A stretch of 64,000 nucleotides of DNA from Fistulifera solaris (taxonomy: Eukaryota), in the NCBI GenBank assembly GCA_030295235.1, contig AP026142.1:62001-126000 (forward strand), read 5' to 3'. A program made the translations under genes and the position numbers. Positions within the stretch are counted from its first letter, which is position 1. Each line of letters starts with the position of its first letter. The notes under the pieces are model-generated. The model saw only the letters and a list, made by a program, of their open reading frames with translations. It had not been told where the DNA came from and did no database searches. Shown in pieces: positions 63,439 to 64,000 of the stretch.

Positions 63439-64000
63439 ATGTCGAGTTCACAAGACGAAACCTCTCCGATGAAACGCCATAAAGTCGCTAAAAGCGATGC
63501 GGGAGGTACGAAAACAAGCAATGCTTCTCCTAAATCGTATCTCGCCAATGCCAGTTCACCCACCGGCGTATCAGCTCCAATCGTTCAGCTGAATGTAGGA
63601 GGTACACTTTACAAAGTATCACTCGACACGCTGATGCGATTTGAGGATTCGATGCTAGCAAATCTCGTTTCGGGAAAGTGGAAAGAAGGTAAAGGTGACG
63701 ACGAAATCTTTATTGATCGCAATGGCCGACGTTTCGAATGGGTACTTGATTACTTGCGCTCGGATCGAGTGTATGTACCATCTTTATCTGATCAATCTGC
63801 ATTGAAAGATGAGTTTGACTTTTTCGGTATCGATGCTGATATGAGCAAAGTTTCGGTCATGGACGACTATTCTTCAATTAAGCAACTTACGAAAGAGATC
63901 AAGGAGCATAAAGGGATCATTGAGCATAAAAAGAAGAAGATAGCTGCCATGAAAGAGTCGTATAAGCTGGCTGGAAGATTTGCGAATGCTGTAGACCGTC
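63439..64000 (+). CDS. KCTD-type BTB/POZ protein (3' end outside window)
   Basis: MSSSQDETSP...VQLNVGGTLYKVSLDTL, FIDRNGRRFEWVLDYLRSDRVYVP; absent from the ORF track because it has no stop in the window. Confidence 0.9.
   Translation, partial: MSSSQDETSPMKRHKVAKSDAGGTKTSNASPKSYLANASSPTGVSAPIVQLNVGGTLYKVSLDTLMRFEDSMLANLVSGKWKEGKGDDEIFIDRNGRRFEWVLDYLRSDRVYVPSLSDQSALKDEFDFFGIDADMSKVSVMDDYSSIKQLTKEIKEHKGIIEHKKKKIAAMKESYKLAGRFANAVDR

Noticed and set aside
27600..64000. Endogenous giant virus (BTB, F-box and ankyrin families plus hairpins)
   Set aside because: No NCLDV core genes seen; the hairpins are not at gene 3' ends; an intron-containing host-type LRR gene is interleaved.

Overview
Eukaryotic nuclear DNA, most consistent with a diatom or related stramenopile (short GT-AG introns, Ty1/copia and Crypton elements, a signal-peptide-bearing U32 protein, a diatom-style membrane LRR protein). 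Single-base frameshifts occur even in housekeeping genes, so many are probably assembly errors. Bases 1-27.5 kb are gene-dense housekeeping sequence: FPGS, a sulfotransferase-like gene, GrpE, a calmodulin-like gene, a CDF zinc transporter, HGH1, CTF8, RPS2, a TBC Rab-GAP, a U32/RlhA-like gene and DUF3605. Bases 27.5-64 kb are an accessory region. It holds a co-oriented array of intronless KCTD-type BTB/POZ genes (10 near-complete copies counting an outlier at 21.9 kb, plus at least 5 fragments), three tandem F-box/GNAT-like/ankyrin genes, an LRR gene, a very young copia element with a 6-bp TSD and a palindromic non-canonical PBS region, and a Crypton-type tyrosine recombinase. The most notable unexplained signal is a ~200-250 bp non-coding module present at least 8 times on the same strand upstream of BTB genes or fragments. 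It contains an ~86-nt imperfect palindrome around the core GAAACGCCACGT. It could be a shared cis-regulatory module, a structured RNA or MITE, or (speculatively) a recombination site for cassette shuffling by the neighbouring tyrosine recombinase.
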